DNA of 64,000 bases from Convolutriloba macropyga (lineage: Eukaryota), in assembly GCF_964194025.1 (NCBI RefSeq), contig NC_134472.1, positions 66,464,001 through 66,528,000 of the forward strand, read 5' to 3'. Of the stretch, positions 48,019-61,466 are shown piece by piece; the stretch's first letter is position 1, and each line of letters begins with the position of its first letter. The notes below the pieces were generated by a model. That model was not told the origin of the DNA. It ran no database searches and saw only the letters and a program-made list of their open reading frames with translations. The position numbers and the translations under genes are program-made.

Positions 48019-50251
48019 ATGAAGACGAGGCTTATACCCTTACTTATTCTACTTCTCCCCCCAATCAATATGAACTCATTCTATCAAAAAGACGATTATG
48101 ACGACATTCTCGAGAAAGGAATCATCTTTAACGAGGAAACCAAAATTTTATTGGCCGAAAAGTTTGTTCCAGTCCAGTTTCTGATACCATTCCCTTCATT
48201 CAATTTCTCAATGAAATCAGATGTCGAGAAAATGTTATCAAAGCTACAAGCGATGTGGAATCTTCCAGCTGTGTCATGCAAACTGGATTTCTCAACAAGC
48301 TTTAACACGAACTCGACACCATATAATATAAATTGGATTTTGAATCAAACAACACATCAAATTGAAAAATCACGACAAGCAGTATCTCTCATGCGAAACG
48401 AAACGGCAACATTCTTACAAACCGAATCAGATGAACAGAAAAGAGTCAAAAGAGGAGCCCATGTAGGAGCTCTGGCTATGGCCGGAATTGGTCCATTTGG
48501 TAGCGGAATCGTTACGGGGAGTGCAGGCGGATGCGGTGCAACAGGAATATTTGGAAGTTGCCAGGACGAAGCAAAAGCAAACGCTCAAAACATTGAACAG
48601 CTAAACATCTATACAGAAGCGTTGACAGAGTACGTTGTACAAATAAAAGAAGAGACAAAAAATAAATTTTTTATGATCAGCAACGAATTGGCAGACATCC
48701 GCACTACACAAAAACAAATGAGCGAGACGCAGAATAAAATTTGGAGAATAATTGAGCAGCAGTTTCAAGTAATTGAAGACAACCTTCACATACTCAGAGA
48801 CTGTAATCAAATGCTGTTCTCGAATCAGCAGATCAACTTTAACTTTGACACCGCTGCTTATTGCTAACACTCCTATACGCCGACGTAAAAAGCTACAGGT
48901 CAGCTCTGTACGCTTACCGACTGAATTTGCTGAACTCGATTCCAACTCTCCTTCAAAAACATCTTCCAATGTCTCTAGTGCCACGCGCTTCTCTGATGGC
49001 AATACTAGAAAGCGTTGTTCGCGAACAGTATAAAGCAGCAGACAGACTATCGTTAGCCATTACGACTAGTGACCTTATGTCATATTATGATGCAAAACTA
49101 CTCCGGGACGTGATAACAGTCGAACAAGGTCTAATTGTGACCTTAGCGATACCACTTGCATCACGTCAAACAGTATTTACAGTTTATAATGCGCAGACAG
49201 TACCATTGCCTCAGCCAGAGCCTCAGATGGCAGTTAAATGGAGCATCGAAGCACCAAATCTTGCAATATCTGAGGATCAGATGGAATCCATCCCGTTGAC
49301 TGTAAGCCAATTTGAACAATGCTTAGGGTCATCAAAATATAGAATTTGTCACCAAGCTGTAGCAACTCAGCCAAGTCATGGATCGTGCTTCGCGACACTG
49401 TTTTTCAGATTATTCCTAGAAGCGATTCGTGAATGCGAAATGGAAGTCATATACCTACCTAATCAAGTTCAAGCTCAGAACTTAGGCTATGGAATTTGGT
49501 TGTTGACATCAGCTACAGAAAATTACAATTTGCGCAAAACATCTATAGATTCAGTTCACCCGACTCGTAGTGAACTAATACGCGGCTGTAAGATCTGCAT
49601 CATGACTATAGACTGTGGATACCAGCTATTAGGCCATATGATAAAGATCAGAGCCGATCTTTGGAGTTGTGAGAAGATACCAGCAAAGAAAATTCAGGTC
49701 AAACTAGCCGACCCCTTGCAGTTTTTACTTGGTGAACTACCATCCATAGAAAACTTACCATATTTTGAAACAAAAACTGTAGCAGGTGTAAATCTAATGC
49801 GAAAAGTTCGAGAAAAACTGCTGATGAATCCAGTGATAGCTGATAATAACCATCTCGCAGAAATAGCAAAGCCGATCGCACAAGAAATGAAAATGTTCAA
49901 ACCATCCCTTATCAAGGAATTCAGATCTTACGTCCCTATCAAAATATCACTTACATTGACTGTTATTGTTTTTATCTTGAATGTTTTTCTTCACGTTCTC
50001 TGTCTCTGGCTTTATCATAGATTTCGAATCATTCGAAAATTTGTCCCATTTTTCTTATGAGCAAAAACGAAAAAATGGAATGTAAACATGTATTAGGAGT
50101 TAACTCTGATGATCAATCAGTTATTCAAAATCTCCCATCAAAAATGAAAGACCGCTATCATATCATGCTTCAATCTGAACTGAACGAAATGTCTAGTGAT
50201 ACTCAATCAGAGATTGATATTCAAAAAAACTCAAAAAACACCTTTGCCTAA
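48019..50251 (+). pseudogene. env: env, class I fusion glycoprotein (F-type architecture), frameshifted at about 48860 and 50050
   Basis: Signal peptide; furin site RVKR (48442-48453) followed directly by a Gly/Ala-rich fusion peptide GAHVGALAMAGIGPFGSGIVTG; long heptad-like helix; Cys-rich region; C-terminal TM ISLTLTVIVFILNVFLHVLCLWLY. Splice-acceptor-like TTTTATTTAG ends at 48017, just before the ATG. Confidence 0.88.
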
Positions 50252-50617
50252 ATCAATTTCTCGGATACCATCTCGACCAACAATGATATCAGCTTCCAAA
50301 TCACATCCTCATTTGAGCTCAGCTACAAGTGCAGTTGATTTGTAAAATTAAATGTACTGGCAAAATTTGAAAAACGACCCAAAACACGGACAATCTATTC
50401 AACTATTATTTGGAACGAAGGCAACAATTAAACGATGCCAACTACAATGATGTCATCATTGTTAACTAAGGAGCCTTTTTCGCTCAATATTTTTTACTCA
50501 ATTATTTATCATGGACTGGAACAATGAGGCCTGCTGTAGTTTCATCGAGTTCAATCCTTACTTCATGACACAAATGAAGGACAAGCCAAAAATTATGGAG
50601 TCCGGAAAGATTTCCTC

Positions 50618-50629
50618 AAAGGAGGGGAG
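50618..50629 (+). promoter_or_regulatory. Polypurine tract AAAGGAGGGGAG
   Basis: Abuts the 3' LTR start at 50630. Confidence 0.9.
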
Positions 50630-50946
50630 AGTCATGTCGTTAGACCTTGAACAAACTTTTGATTATCGATTGGAATTTAACAAATTTGTGAAATAACTCA
50701 ATATTGACTTCTAAAGTTCTAATATTTGTTTAATAAGCCTCATCATCACTCGAGAAAATTGTTTCTTTATAATCAATTGAATTAAAGCATTGGAAAACTT
50801 ACTTATAATAGATTTAACAGTAGATTGAAGAAGATTGTCGCCCAGCTCTGAAGATCCGCTCGAAGCTCCTGAAACCTTAATAAAATGTTTTAAGGGGTGC
50901 AAAAACACAAGCATGCAACAATATTAATTTTATTAAATACGTTAGT
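50630..50946 (+). repeat. 3' LTR (317 bp)
   Basis: Direct repeat of 38004-38319, followed by the TSD CTTGG. Confidence 0.96.
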
Positions 50947-51803
50947 CTTGGCGAGATCTAACTTTGTTGCGAGTAACGATTCATTCTCCAGTACCAACAT
51001 CTGCAGCAAACGATTCGGCGGATAAGATGACATCGCGTTCAAAATGCTTTACAAAATTCAAAAAGCAAGCTAATAAAGATTATAATGTTTGGAAACTAAA
51101 TTTATTTTTCAGAATCTGACTGTTTTCTCGAGGAGTTCTAGTTGATTGTTTTTTATGATACTCCAGTTTTGGTTCTGAATTTTTGGATGATGCACCCTGT
51201 TCAGTTCTCCCAGCTGTTGAGATTAGATAAAACTTGTCATGTTTATAATTGAAATTGAACGACTTAGTTCGGATAACTAAACTCAGCTTGCGGGCTGACT
51301 CTTTGTCTCCTTTATTCCCAAATTTTTTGTCAAGGTCCAAAAAATTGACGCAAGATCTGAAGGGAAGACACAATTTCTTCTCTTAAATCAGCTGCTAAAA
51401 TTCTTCTTAAGTTAGCAGCTTACATTCAGAATGAGAGATATTTAGATAACGCAAAAATCAAGAAGTCAAGCGTGCTAAAAAGTCACTAGAAGAGTCAGAC
51501 GAACAAATCCCTAAAGGACCAATAGGACTAATACAATGGCTGCAAACGTAGTTTGAGAGCAATAATTAATCAGTTTATAACGAGATATTTCATGAAACAG
51601 GAAATAAGCACTTTGTAATCTTCCAAGTCACAAAATATCAAAACATATGATGTATTTTCTGTTTCAGTTTAGTTCGAATGTGGTCTTTAGTTCACTTGAT
51701 CTTAGTTACAATAGCTAATATATATCTTCTTCGCAAATTCTATTTTGATATGATAAGCAATGTCACACATCGTTAAATGATCAGTTTATATCCGAAATAA
51801 TGC

Positions 51804-53879
51804 TCAAACATCACTGATTCCCGTATCGTCGGTTCCCGATTGTGCCGACGAATGGGCCCTGTTCCTCAATTTCAAATTCTTGCTCAGGTTCGAGTTAAAA
51901 TCCGGGTTTCTAATGTAAGCCGGGGTCTTTTTCTTAATAACTAAATCCGGGTTGTCCATCATTTCACAGAGCAAAGTCTGGTGATCTTGTTCCAGAGGGG
52001 CTATGCTAATGTCTCGTGTTGCTCTGAATTCTCCACAGTTGTTCAAATGTTCGTTTTCAAGTCGGAAATAATTCCAAAAGAACCTCCGAAAAACGGTCAA
52101 AATCGCCCGAATTGTGCTCAAGTATAAACCATCCATAAATGGTGCCAGAAAGTTGACAACCTTAGGTACCCACGAAAATCTTAAAATGAAGTCCTGAACT
52201 ATAGCGAAGTAGTAGAAGGCCCGATTTGGGTAAACCATTTCGTCCCGTAGACAGGGCGCATCTTTATTACAGCTGAACAAACCCCAATCGTGTTTTATAT
52301 CCCAATATAAGGAATAAATACTGGAACATGTTTTAACAACAGAGTAAGAACATATCCAAGCTATGCTATAATACCCATACTGCTCCTTATATATTTTAAT
52401 ACCGCCATAAAGGCCGTAAGCTACCATACGTATGGCATATTTTCCCGAGTTTGCGATGTGTGGAAAACATTTCTTAGTTGAGTGGTACCTTCGAAGACAT
52501 TGAGCGAACCGGAACCATGCAGGAAGCATGCTGACTACAACACGCAACCCATACGAATATCTTGCGCACATTTCGTTCTCATAATTCCCAGAATATCCAT
52601 CACTTTTCCAATCCAGTTCGAAAGCGTAAAAACAAATGAAAAACTCAAAATCCATGAACACTTTGTTCAAACTGTTTAACTGGTCAGCGAGCCAGAAGTC
52701 AGGGAAAGTTACGAAGAAATAGGGAGCGGCAAAAACCCGAAATAGGTACTTAATAAACCAAAATCGGGCATTCTTTTTAAACACTGGGAGTGGCAAAAAC
52801 AATAGAAGCAGAAATAAACAAACACAAATTAAAGGACTAATATATGCTTTCATCCCTATAACTGGTGAAAACAAGAAGAACAAAATACTTATACACCACA
52901 AAGTGCCCAGAGCGAACGCAACCTCTAATAAATCAGGATACGATATATGTTTTCTAGGATCAATGCCAAAAATCAAAACATGATTAACTCCATATTTACT
53001 CCACCCGTAAACATTCGCTCCCAATAAACCAACAAATAACACAACCAAAAACAATCCTCGGTAAATCGTTACGTAAGCATGCAAATGAATTTTGTGATAT
53101 TTTAACAATTGCACTGCTGACAAAATGATTGCAACAAAAAGTGTGACGAAAATGCCCAAAAACAGCCCGACCAGGAATGTTTTCTTTGGCGCTTGTTTCT
53201 CGGTAAGCGGCGGAACGCGTAATCTCTTCATGGCGCGGGTTCGATCCCCGCCCTCTAACTCTTGTATATAAGTTTCTTCACAATCTCGGATGAGCAAATC
53301 AATTTGCTTATTTGTACCGAACGGCGCTTTTTCAACTTCGCGAGCACGAAAATCGGCTCCACTTGCAGAGTCGCAAATTTTATCATGTTTCTTTAAAATT
53401 TTTCGAAATGCCGTTGAATTCAAACTTTGATAATTTTGAAGCAGAACCAGGCTCAAGTAAAACTCGCTGAATGCGACTTTTAAGTCTGATATTTTGGGTC
53501 GCGTGTCTTTAGCTATCCCCGGCTGCAACTTTGTACTCAAATTTCGAGTCGAATTTTTCTTTTTCACCTCGCTGTTGTTTCGATCATGTTGCTGCTTAGC
53601 CATTCGCAACTCGGCCTGTAAAGTTGCACTTTTTCTATGAGCCTCCGCCAACTTTTCGGTAAAAAACATGTTGACTTTATTCAATTCTAGCTGGCATCTT
53701 GCAAAGAACTTCTGATCAAACTTGGCGTAATATTTTTTAATTGTTTCTTCATCCGAAATATCAGCCGGTGGTGAATTTTCTTGGGCCGAGTAAAGAAGAT
53801 CTTTCAAGTCTTCATAAGCAACATACTGAGTTCTCCACTCAGGTGTTATGTGGGCATTCAAATGGGCAGCAAACTTCAT
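51804..53879 (-). CDS. XPR1: XPR1/SYG1 SPX-EXS phosphate exporter (691 aa, intronless CDS)
   Basis: MKFAAHLNAHITPEWRTQYVAYEDLK (SPX), LLQNYQSLNSTAFRKILKKHDK, AMKRLRVPPL, GVNHVLIF, DFWLADQLNSL, RFAQCLRRY, RRFFWNYFRLENEHLNNCGEFRA. Confidence 0.97.
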   Translation of the reverse strand: MKFAAHLNAHITPEWRTQYVAYEDLKDLLYSAQENSPPADISDEETIKKYYAKFDQKFFARCQLELNKVNMFFTEKLAEAHRKSATLQAELRMAKQQHDRNNSEVKKKNSTRNLSTKLQPGIAKDTRPKISDLKVAFSEFYLSLVLLQNYQSLNSTAFRKILKKHDKICDSASGADFRAREVEKAPFGTNKQIDLLIRDCEETYIQELEGGDRTRAMKRLRVPPLTEKQAPKKTFLVGLFLGIFVTLFVAIILSAVQLLKYHKIHLHAYVTIYRGLFLVVLFVGLLGANVYGWSKYGVNHVLIFGIDPRKHISYPDLLEVAFALGTLWCISILFFLFSPVIGMKAYISPLICVCLFLLLLFLPLPVFKKNARFWFIKYLFRVFAAPYFFVTFPDFWLADQLNSLNKVFMDFEFFICFYAFELDWKSDGYSGNYENEMCARYSYGLRVVVSMLPAWFRFAQCLRRYHSTKKCFPHIANSGKYAIRMVAYGLYGGIKIYKEQYGYYSIAWICSYSVVKTCSSIYSLYWDIKHDWGLFSCNKDAPCLRDEMVYPNRAFYYFAIVQDFILRFSWVPKVVNFLAPFMDGLYLSTIRAILTVFRRFFWNYFRLENEHLNNCGEFRATRDISIAPLEQDHQTLLCEMMDNPDLVIKKKTPAYIRNPDFNSNLSKNLKLRNRAHSSAQSGTDDTGISDV

Positions 53880-54984
53880 GTCACAATCTTAAAGAATCAA
53901 TAACGTCGTTTCACAAAATCTAGTCTCAATTTTCAAAGAAGTTATTGGGTAATCGGACAGTGATCTGAATAACTCCGATCTTTCTATTAAACAAAAAGGC
54001 AATAAAGGGAGGATTGAACACCGTTTCCGATGTTGTTAGGGTCAGAAAATTGGTCTTTAAACATCTGTCAAGTGATAGACATTTTGCAACGGCGTTGCTG
54101 AAGCAAGCTTCCAAAATATTTTGTTAAACAGTTCAAAGATAATAGAACAAATATACTTCACCCGAGCATATTTACTTTTCATCGATACTTTTGACCTTTA
54201 GCTGACTCAAAAGAGGATAGCTTCCGATTTATTGAAGAATTTAGAAGCAAAGATTGATCTTGGTTTTCCAACAGGCAAGCAGCCCTCAACAGCCACCTCA
54301 AATTGACTTGAAATGACGCACATCGACATAGCATCAATGCAACTCAAAACATAAGCTTCTAAACTGAGACGAAGTGCTCTTGAAATTGAATTTCCAGTCT
54401 CAATTGTACGTCGAGTGACCGGGGGGAGCTTTTGCATGGGATAAGTATATTGTGAGGTTTCAAATGACGTCATCAGAGGTTACACAACTATAATGAAAGT
54501 GAGAAAAGAAACCAATTTCGACGCATTTTTCAACTGATTTTAGTAGTACACAATCCCCAATTAATTTGAACTGCTTAAAATTGTGAAATAGAAACCAATT
54601 TAGATTTTACAAAACGCAAAAAAAACTCAAAAGACACAGGTCACTTGATAAGTCAAAACCCGTTTAAGCAATTTTTTGCATTAAAAAACACAGAGCTACA
54701 ATAATTGCATCAAAGCGCTCTTTTTGCGTCGTTTACAACAAAAATGCTGGCTTCTAAAGCATACTTAAAAAGTTTTAATGCCTAATCAATGAGACACACT
54801 TTTCGAAATCCTTCCTTTCGTTCAAAATAAGTTTGTCAATAAATTGAAGTTCATAAAACAAAAAAAAACAGTTCGTGGTATTCTACATTGCTTTCTCTAA
54901 GCACAAGAAAAACATAATCGACTAAACGTCGGAAGAATTGCTCTCGAACGACTAGTGCGAGCTCTAATCATTTCAATTTTGTAT

Positions 54985-55888
54985 TCAATTGCCGCCAATT
55001 GAGTGCAGCTGCTTAAAGTTGTGATTGAGAGAGAATTTTAGATCACTTGAAACGCAAAAAGTCAAGGGCGTAAAAGTCACTCGAAAAGTCAAAACGGTCA
55101 AGCAAAAAAATTTGGCATAAAAAAGACACGCTTACAATAATTGCTTTGAACTTCGTTCGAGAGCAATTGATATGCTGCAGTGATATTTGCTACAATTGCT
55201 CGCCAGGAAATTTTATTTGTCACCTGCTAATGTTGCTCCCCTCATTTTCACGTGACGTAACCCTAACTAAAGAGCTAATAATCCTTTATAATCTGGATAT
55301 TTATTTCTTTATTTCTTTAGTTTCAAGGCCATATTTGGTTCATATTTAAATCTAAGACCATAGCCCTTATTTTGTAGATAAATGTCCCAGCCCCAATTTG
55401 ACAGGGGTTGAAAGATAAAATTCAATTTTTCTCACTGAAACAGAAGCTTGCAGTTAAAATTGATAGCCTAAATACCGCAATATTGTACAATAATTATTTC
55501 TGATCGTGCTATTTATTTCTCATTAAAATTAAAGGCATGGCGAAACTGCTAACAGTAGGAGTCTTGAATAGAGTTTTTTGAAAAGAAAGCTAATATTTTA
55601 CCAATTAATGCAACTATTGATTACCATTCTGAGCAAATTAAAAAGAGTTTACTACTATTTATTTTGAGCGGTTTTTTACATCTCTTGGTTCCACCACAAA
55701 AGACTCGTTTTAACAAGTTTTGTAATTTTCATAGCAGTTAACCTTGCGAAGCCCCAAATAATTGCTTATTTTGTTTGAGAACAATTAAAAGAAAAAGACA
55801 AGATGATTAGGAAACACTGACGAATTGCTCATACACGACGGCGACAGTCAGCTTAAGATTCCAGCATTTTTAATTAAACGATGGAGAT

Positions 55889-55926
<38 letters not shown>

Positions 55927-55960
55927 AGATTTGAGCCTTTCTCATGTTCTCATCTCCAGT
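54985..55960 (+). repeat. Dispersed repeat family C
   Basis: Blocks GCCGCCA(A/C)TTGAGT.CAGCTGCT, GTCAAGGGCGTAAAAGTC.CTCGA.AAGTCAAAACGGTCAAGCAAAAA and ACACGACGGC.AC.GT.AGCTTAAGATT...G-tract TAGATTTGAGC recur at about 59790-60175. Fragments occur near 34950-35010 and 51400-51590. Confidence 0.6.
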
Positions 55961-58900
55961 AGCAGACACAAAAAATAGAGATGAATGAGATATCCTTGGG
56001 CAACTATTGATTACAATTCTGAGTAAATTTAAAAAATTTTAAATACTTTATTTTGAGCGTTTTTTATCTCCTCTTGGTTTACCTTGCGAACAGTTAACCT
56101 TGCGAAGTTCTAGAATACGAGCAAGTGAGACGTGTCTAACCGAAGCATCTCAAAGTTAACGACTTCCTACTTCCGACTACCTTCCCCTTGTGCAATTATC
56201 AGTGATCAAAAGAAAGAACTATCAAACTCATCAAAATTTGAATCATTGCTTTCATTTAGAAAACCGGACAACCTTTCATTTTTGGACGCTCCGCGTAAAA
56301 TGTTCCATATCATACCAAATAGCTTAAAAAGCTGTATTGTTTGCGGCTAAGCTTGCCAAAAATAGAAGTGCTTCCTTACAACTCAGAAAATCAAAAAATC
56401 TCTCACTTCGTTCTATTGAAGCGTAATGTTGAACTATTCATTTTTCTAGTCAACAAAGTTGTCCAGTAAATTTTTCGACCAAATAAGATTTTGATCAGAA
56501 AGAAACTTTGGTATTTCACGGCTTGGAAATGGGAAGAAATCCCAGAACATCAAACTTCATCCCAGTGTCAAACTCATCCATCAAACGGTGGTTGACAGAG
56601 CATTTTACTCAGCAAAATCAACTCAGCAAGTTCAACTTTGACTAAATTAAAATGATTTGAATTCATTTTGAACAAACTGAATTAACGCCGAGTTTCTCGG
56701 AAACTATGTTAGTTGAGAAACTTCTTTTGGAGCTTTTTTCTGCTATTTTATTTGTTAATTCATGATCTGTAATTGAATAAATTCATATTGAGGGTCAATT
56801 TATTCCGAAAATTCAATTTCAAAAGAAAGCGCTCCCTGATCTTGAAATGCAATTGTGTGAAAATTGAAAGCTTGTAGTCTATTCAGGTTGCCCAAAAGAT
56901 CTTTACACGAGTTCTCAATAATTGGTTTAGACCAGTTACGTGCGATTAAAAAATTTCCTTAAAAAACCACCAGTTTTCTCGCGTAAAATAACCTCATCAA
57001 ACAGTAGGGCCTTATAGCAGTTCCCGTTCATCGACCTTCACTGATTAGCTCACTTCCAATTGAGGCTAGAAATACGACAATTGCGCTGCATGCTCGTTGT
57101 TCCGCGTCAGAACTATTCAAGAGCATATCAACTGATTCCATTCATGCACACCAATTGAACTTATCAAAAAAATTTGTTTCTTTGTTTTTGTTTCTTTCAA
57201 AAGTATATTATCCATAGTACTTAAGGCTTATACAAACTGATAAATTTTCACAAACCTGTACTGCATTTATTAGGAGTTGAAATAGTGGCAAAGGACGCTT
57301 GGATTTTTTCCACTTACCGTAAACCACAGAGGAACGGAGAGTAAACCTCGGAACAGTGTTCTTGCCAAGTATTCAAAATCTTATGCGACGCGTCCTCTCA
57401 ACGATTAGAAATTGGCGTATTGAACGACGTTTGTGAACAAACAGTTGCAACGGATTTTGCGATGTCGAAATCAAGAACAACTAAGAAAGACACTAGAAAC
57501 TACCCAAAGGTTAGTTCTATTAATCAAATGTAGACCTATAAACCTCCCTATAATCTCAATATAAATCCCGCTCTCCTCTCCCTATAAATGCCACAATTTC
57601 TGCTACACAACAAGAAAGACTGCAGCTAATGGAACCAAAGACGCGCATATGAAATCTTTACCTATATTAATGAACATGATAAGTTATCGTTAAAACTATG
57701 TCGGTGTAATTTTATTTCTCGAAAAAATTTCTTTCGCCCTTACCGAGCAATTGCCATTTCTGCAACTTACAAGGGAAACGCTACGCTGCTTCTGCAACTG
57801 AAATTTTTGAAAAATATCAAACAAGTAAAAGTTAAGCTAGGAAAAGTTAACCAACCGAAACATTTTTTTCAATGTCTGAAATTGCCTTGTCGAAAAACTT
57901 TTCAAGGTGATTATAAGCTATGGAGAAAAAATAAAAAAAACACTTCCGGACAAGTCCTGGCCTACAGTTCAAAGAATTTTCATTGACCATACAAAAAAAC
58001 TAGACCTAGAATAGACTATGACTGGATTGGGAAAACCATTTAGAATATTGTATAAAAAAATTGACAGTAAAAATCAAAGCGAAAATGCCGCATGCAAACA
58101 AAAAAAACCACTAGCCAAAAAGTGGATTTTTGTTCATACACCGTTTTCTCGCTCTACTTAAAAATTAGAATGAAAAAAGTTCACGCCGCAAAAGCACTCA
58201 CCTTTTCGCTCCATTTCCTCTTTGGACGTGACCAAAATGATCACTCCAATTTGACTTCAAAAATCATGAAACTGTGTGAAGAGATCATTAAAAAAAGACA
58301 GCGAACATCAAATGTGTGAACAACAAAGATTCAAAAAATTCTTTTAATTGTAAAAAAAACTTTTAGTTTCTTCTTACATCGAAACCGATACAGTGAATTC
58401 CAAAAACTTCGCAAAAAAGTTTTTTTAACACCTTGAGAGAAAAAATGCTCCAACACACCCAACGTTGTTTCTGAAATGTATTAAAAACATACTGTAAACT
58501 ATTTCCGAAGAATTTCATTAAAGCTGGAAAAATCGCGAGAATTAGTGTCGCGTGAGAGCGCAGATAGACTCCTTTCAAATCAACCAATCAAAGCTATGGT
58601 ATTCCGGTGTACCGAGGGGCTCCGAGGAAAACTACGAAAACTCAGTCAGTATACATTCTAGAGATAAGAGTCGGCAAGAAACAGGCTTAAAAACTATTAT
58701 AAAGCAAAAAACAGTGGCATCACAAACCCAAAATATCGATGCCGCATAGAAGTTTTTGCACTTCTTTCAAACAATATACCCGAGGTTAGAAAAAGTAACG
58801 TCCAGAGCTCGATAACACTAAAATATAAATTCAAAAATTCAACCATTACCTGCAAAGCATAGTACAATTTGACAGCTCACTGAGTCAATATGTTTAGAGT

Positions 58901-60210
58901 TCACCTAGAAACGCACGTTAAAGATCGCCAAGCTGCTCTCGTTTGCTAATTGTTTTAAAGTACTAATTGTATTAAAATTATAAACGAATCGCCATTAATC
59001 AGCTAGAGGAAACACTCCACAGAGAAATTAATTTAAAATATTGCAAAAAAATAGGTTGCCTCAGTTTTGTGTCGAATGTTTGCTTTTAAAGCCAAGTCCT
59101 ACAATTTGATATGGTTTCTTGAGCTATGTCAAGCTCCCGGAGACCATTATTTTATTCATTTTGATTTCTAGGGTTCGAAATAGAAGTAATGGTGTACAAC
59201 AATGGTGTACTACAGGCAAGAATTGAACCCGCAATTTTTAACACAACTAAGAGCAGCACAGCGAAAATTATGTTTAATATGTAGAATGAAACGGTTTATT
59301 GTAGAAAGTCGGGAAAAACAAAAAAAAATTATGATCTCTAGTGGTGCAAATGAGAACTTGTACTGAATAAATCTGAACAAAATAAAATATGTAAGTTGGA
59401 AAAATATGGAGTTGAATGGCTACAGATCATATACAAGGACAATAAAATTGCTGTAAGCGGCTCAAAAATAGTGCTTTTAGAGGTTATTTTAGACTACTAC
59501 TGAGATTTAAAGCAAAAATAGTAACAAATATTGGCAAACTTTGTAACTTGACACCAACCCCGTTCAACTGCTTTAAACTTTCAGAAGACGCAAATATCGA
59601 TTACGACTAGTGAGAGCTGGAATCTATTGCAGCGTATTTCAGTTGGGGAGGGGGGTAACTAAATTCACGAAGGGGCCTTCCAATGACGTTACTTGAGGTT
59701 ATTATTTATCACTATAATCACTAATAAAATTTAAAAAGAAAAAAATTACAAACTTTTGCGCACTTTTTATTTGACTTTTAGCAGTGAACTGCCGCCACTT
59801 GAGTTCAGCTGCTGACACGTGTGAAAGAGAAAGAGATTTAGATCACACAAAATGAAAGCGTCAAGGGCGTAAAAGTCGCTCGAGAAGTCAAAACGGTCAA
59901 GCAAAAATTTGGTATAAAAAACAGACGCCTTTACAATAATTGTTTCACACTTCGTTCAAGAGCAATTGAGAAGAGCACCATATTCCACATAATTGAATCA
60001 AACTTTGCTGGAGAGCAATTAAAAGAAACAGGATTAACACGAAACGCAGCCTGCTGACGTTTTACCAATTGCTCGCACACGACGGCAACGGTAAGCTTAA
60101 GATTATGCCTCTTTAATTAAACTGAGAGGAGGGGGGTAGATTTGAGCATCTCGAGTTCCGACATCCATTAGCAGTAGGCCTAGTAAAATTGAGAATTTGA
60201 AAATGCAAAC

Positions 60211-61143
60211 AAATTTGAGAACATAGCTGGCAGATTGCGAGAAAATAGCCGCAATAGATTCGTAGATCGGCAGTCTCAGAAAAAACAGTAAAAAACACAG
60301 ACCAAAAAAATTTGTCTTTAAGGCTGATCTGTTATATTTTGATTAAAAATCTGTATAAGTTATTGCTGCCTCTATTAGCTGATCTCAAATAACCTTCATT
60401 TAGAGTAACACACACCCATTTGACCTTATCTCTTTGAATTAAAATAAATAAAAGTCAATTTCAAAGTGAGGAAGTCATTTTTGAGAGTGAGGTAAGTCAA
60501 GTGTGACCGAAAATTTAATCACGCGAATGAGCAAAAAAAAAACTCGCTCCACTAAGAGCGAAAAATAACGTCACGCATGCAATTCAGTTGAAATTACATG
60601 AACGAATGAACAAAAAGTGGCCGTGACGTCATATGGTCGTAACAAAAATCATGACGACGAAATAAAAAACATAGCAGGACAAGTCCTGACGTACAATTCA
60701 AAGAATTTTCATTGACTAAACAGAAAATTAGACCTAGAACGGACAATGAATGGATTGGGAAAACAATTTAGAAAAAAAATCCAATCCAAAAACTCGAAAA
60801 AACAGTAAAAATCAAAATGAAATTGCCGCATGTGAACAAAAAACCACTAGCGAGAAAGCGAATTTTTGTTCAAACACTGTTTTCTCACTCTACTTTAGAT
60901 TTAGAGCGAAAAAATTCACGCCGCAAAATCACTCGTTTTTTCGCTCCACTTCCTGTTTCGGCGTGACCAAAATCACTACTCCAATTTGACTTCAAAAATC
61001 ATGAAAATGTGTTAACAGATCTTAAAAAAAAGACAGCACCCCAATATAATTCAAATTCTTTGAATTGCAAAAATTCTTTGAATTGTAAAAAACCAAGAGA
61101 AGGCCAATAATAGCCCCAGCTATCGCTGTGCGGCTATTAATAA
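60211..61143 (-). mobile_element. Helentron-like family B, longest copy
   Basis: On +, the ends are ACATAGCTGGCAGATTGCGAGAAAATAGCCGC and GCTATCGCTGTGCGGCTATTAATAA, matching the ends of 27114-27635 in reverse complement. Confidence 0.65.
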
Positions 61144-61466
61144 AATAATATAGTTATCAAAAAACAACTGAACTGATTTCCAAAATTGATTCCTTGGTTT
61201 CGAAAAAAAACAAGAACAGGACAAATAGTCAACGTCGCAAACTTGCTCTCTAACTAATGGTTGCTCATATGTAGTCTTTGACAGTAGCTAGCCCAAATTG
61301 GCTTTGGTCCCACCCTAATCAGGCTTTGTAAACCATTGTTACTGCTAATAAGCGCAGTCGTTTGTTCACATATGGTTATCAAAACCTAAATTTTCTTTCC
61401 AGGGGTATAATAACACGCACACAGTTCTCGAAACCCTTTCAAAAAAGATTTGACGATATATATTTC

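Larger units (their letters stand above)
38004..50946 (+). mobile_element. Full-length env-bearing Ty3/gypsy LTR retrotransposon (12,943 bp, decayed) with extra cargo genes
   Basis: Paired LTRs, exact 5-bp TSD CTTGG (37999-38003 and 50947-50951), PBS-like TGG tract, polypurine tract, gag with CCHC knuckle, pol in PR-RT-RH-IN order, and env. Many stops and frameshifts. Confidence 0.97.

Noticed and set aside
50947-53879. XPR1 (a gammaretrovirus receptor in mammals) lying 857 bp from an env-bearing retroelement
   Set aside because: XPR1 lies outside the TSD-bounded element, and its receptor role concerns an unrelated vertebrate Env class. Adjacency is most simply chance insertion.
53926-54473. 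Two short minus-strand ORFs upstream of XPR1
   Set aside because: No recognisable motifs or splice support. They may be UTR or chance ORFs.
55892-55925. Long poly-G run (also poly-C/G near 5274-5296 and 5473-5491) as G-quadruplex elements
   Set aside because: The runs at 55892 and 5274 are expansions of short G-tracts present in sister repeat copies. Homopolymer length is also unreliable in assemblies.
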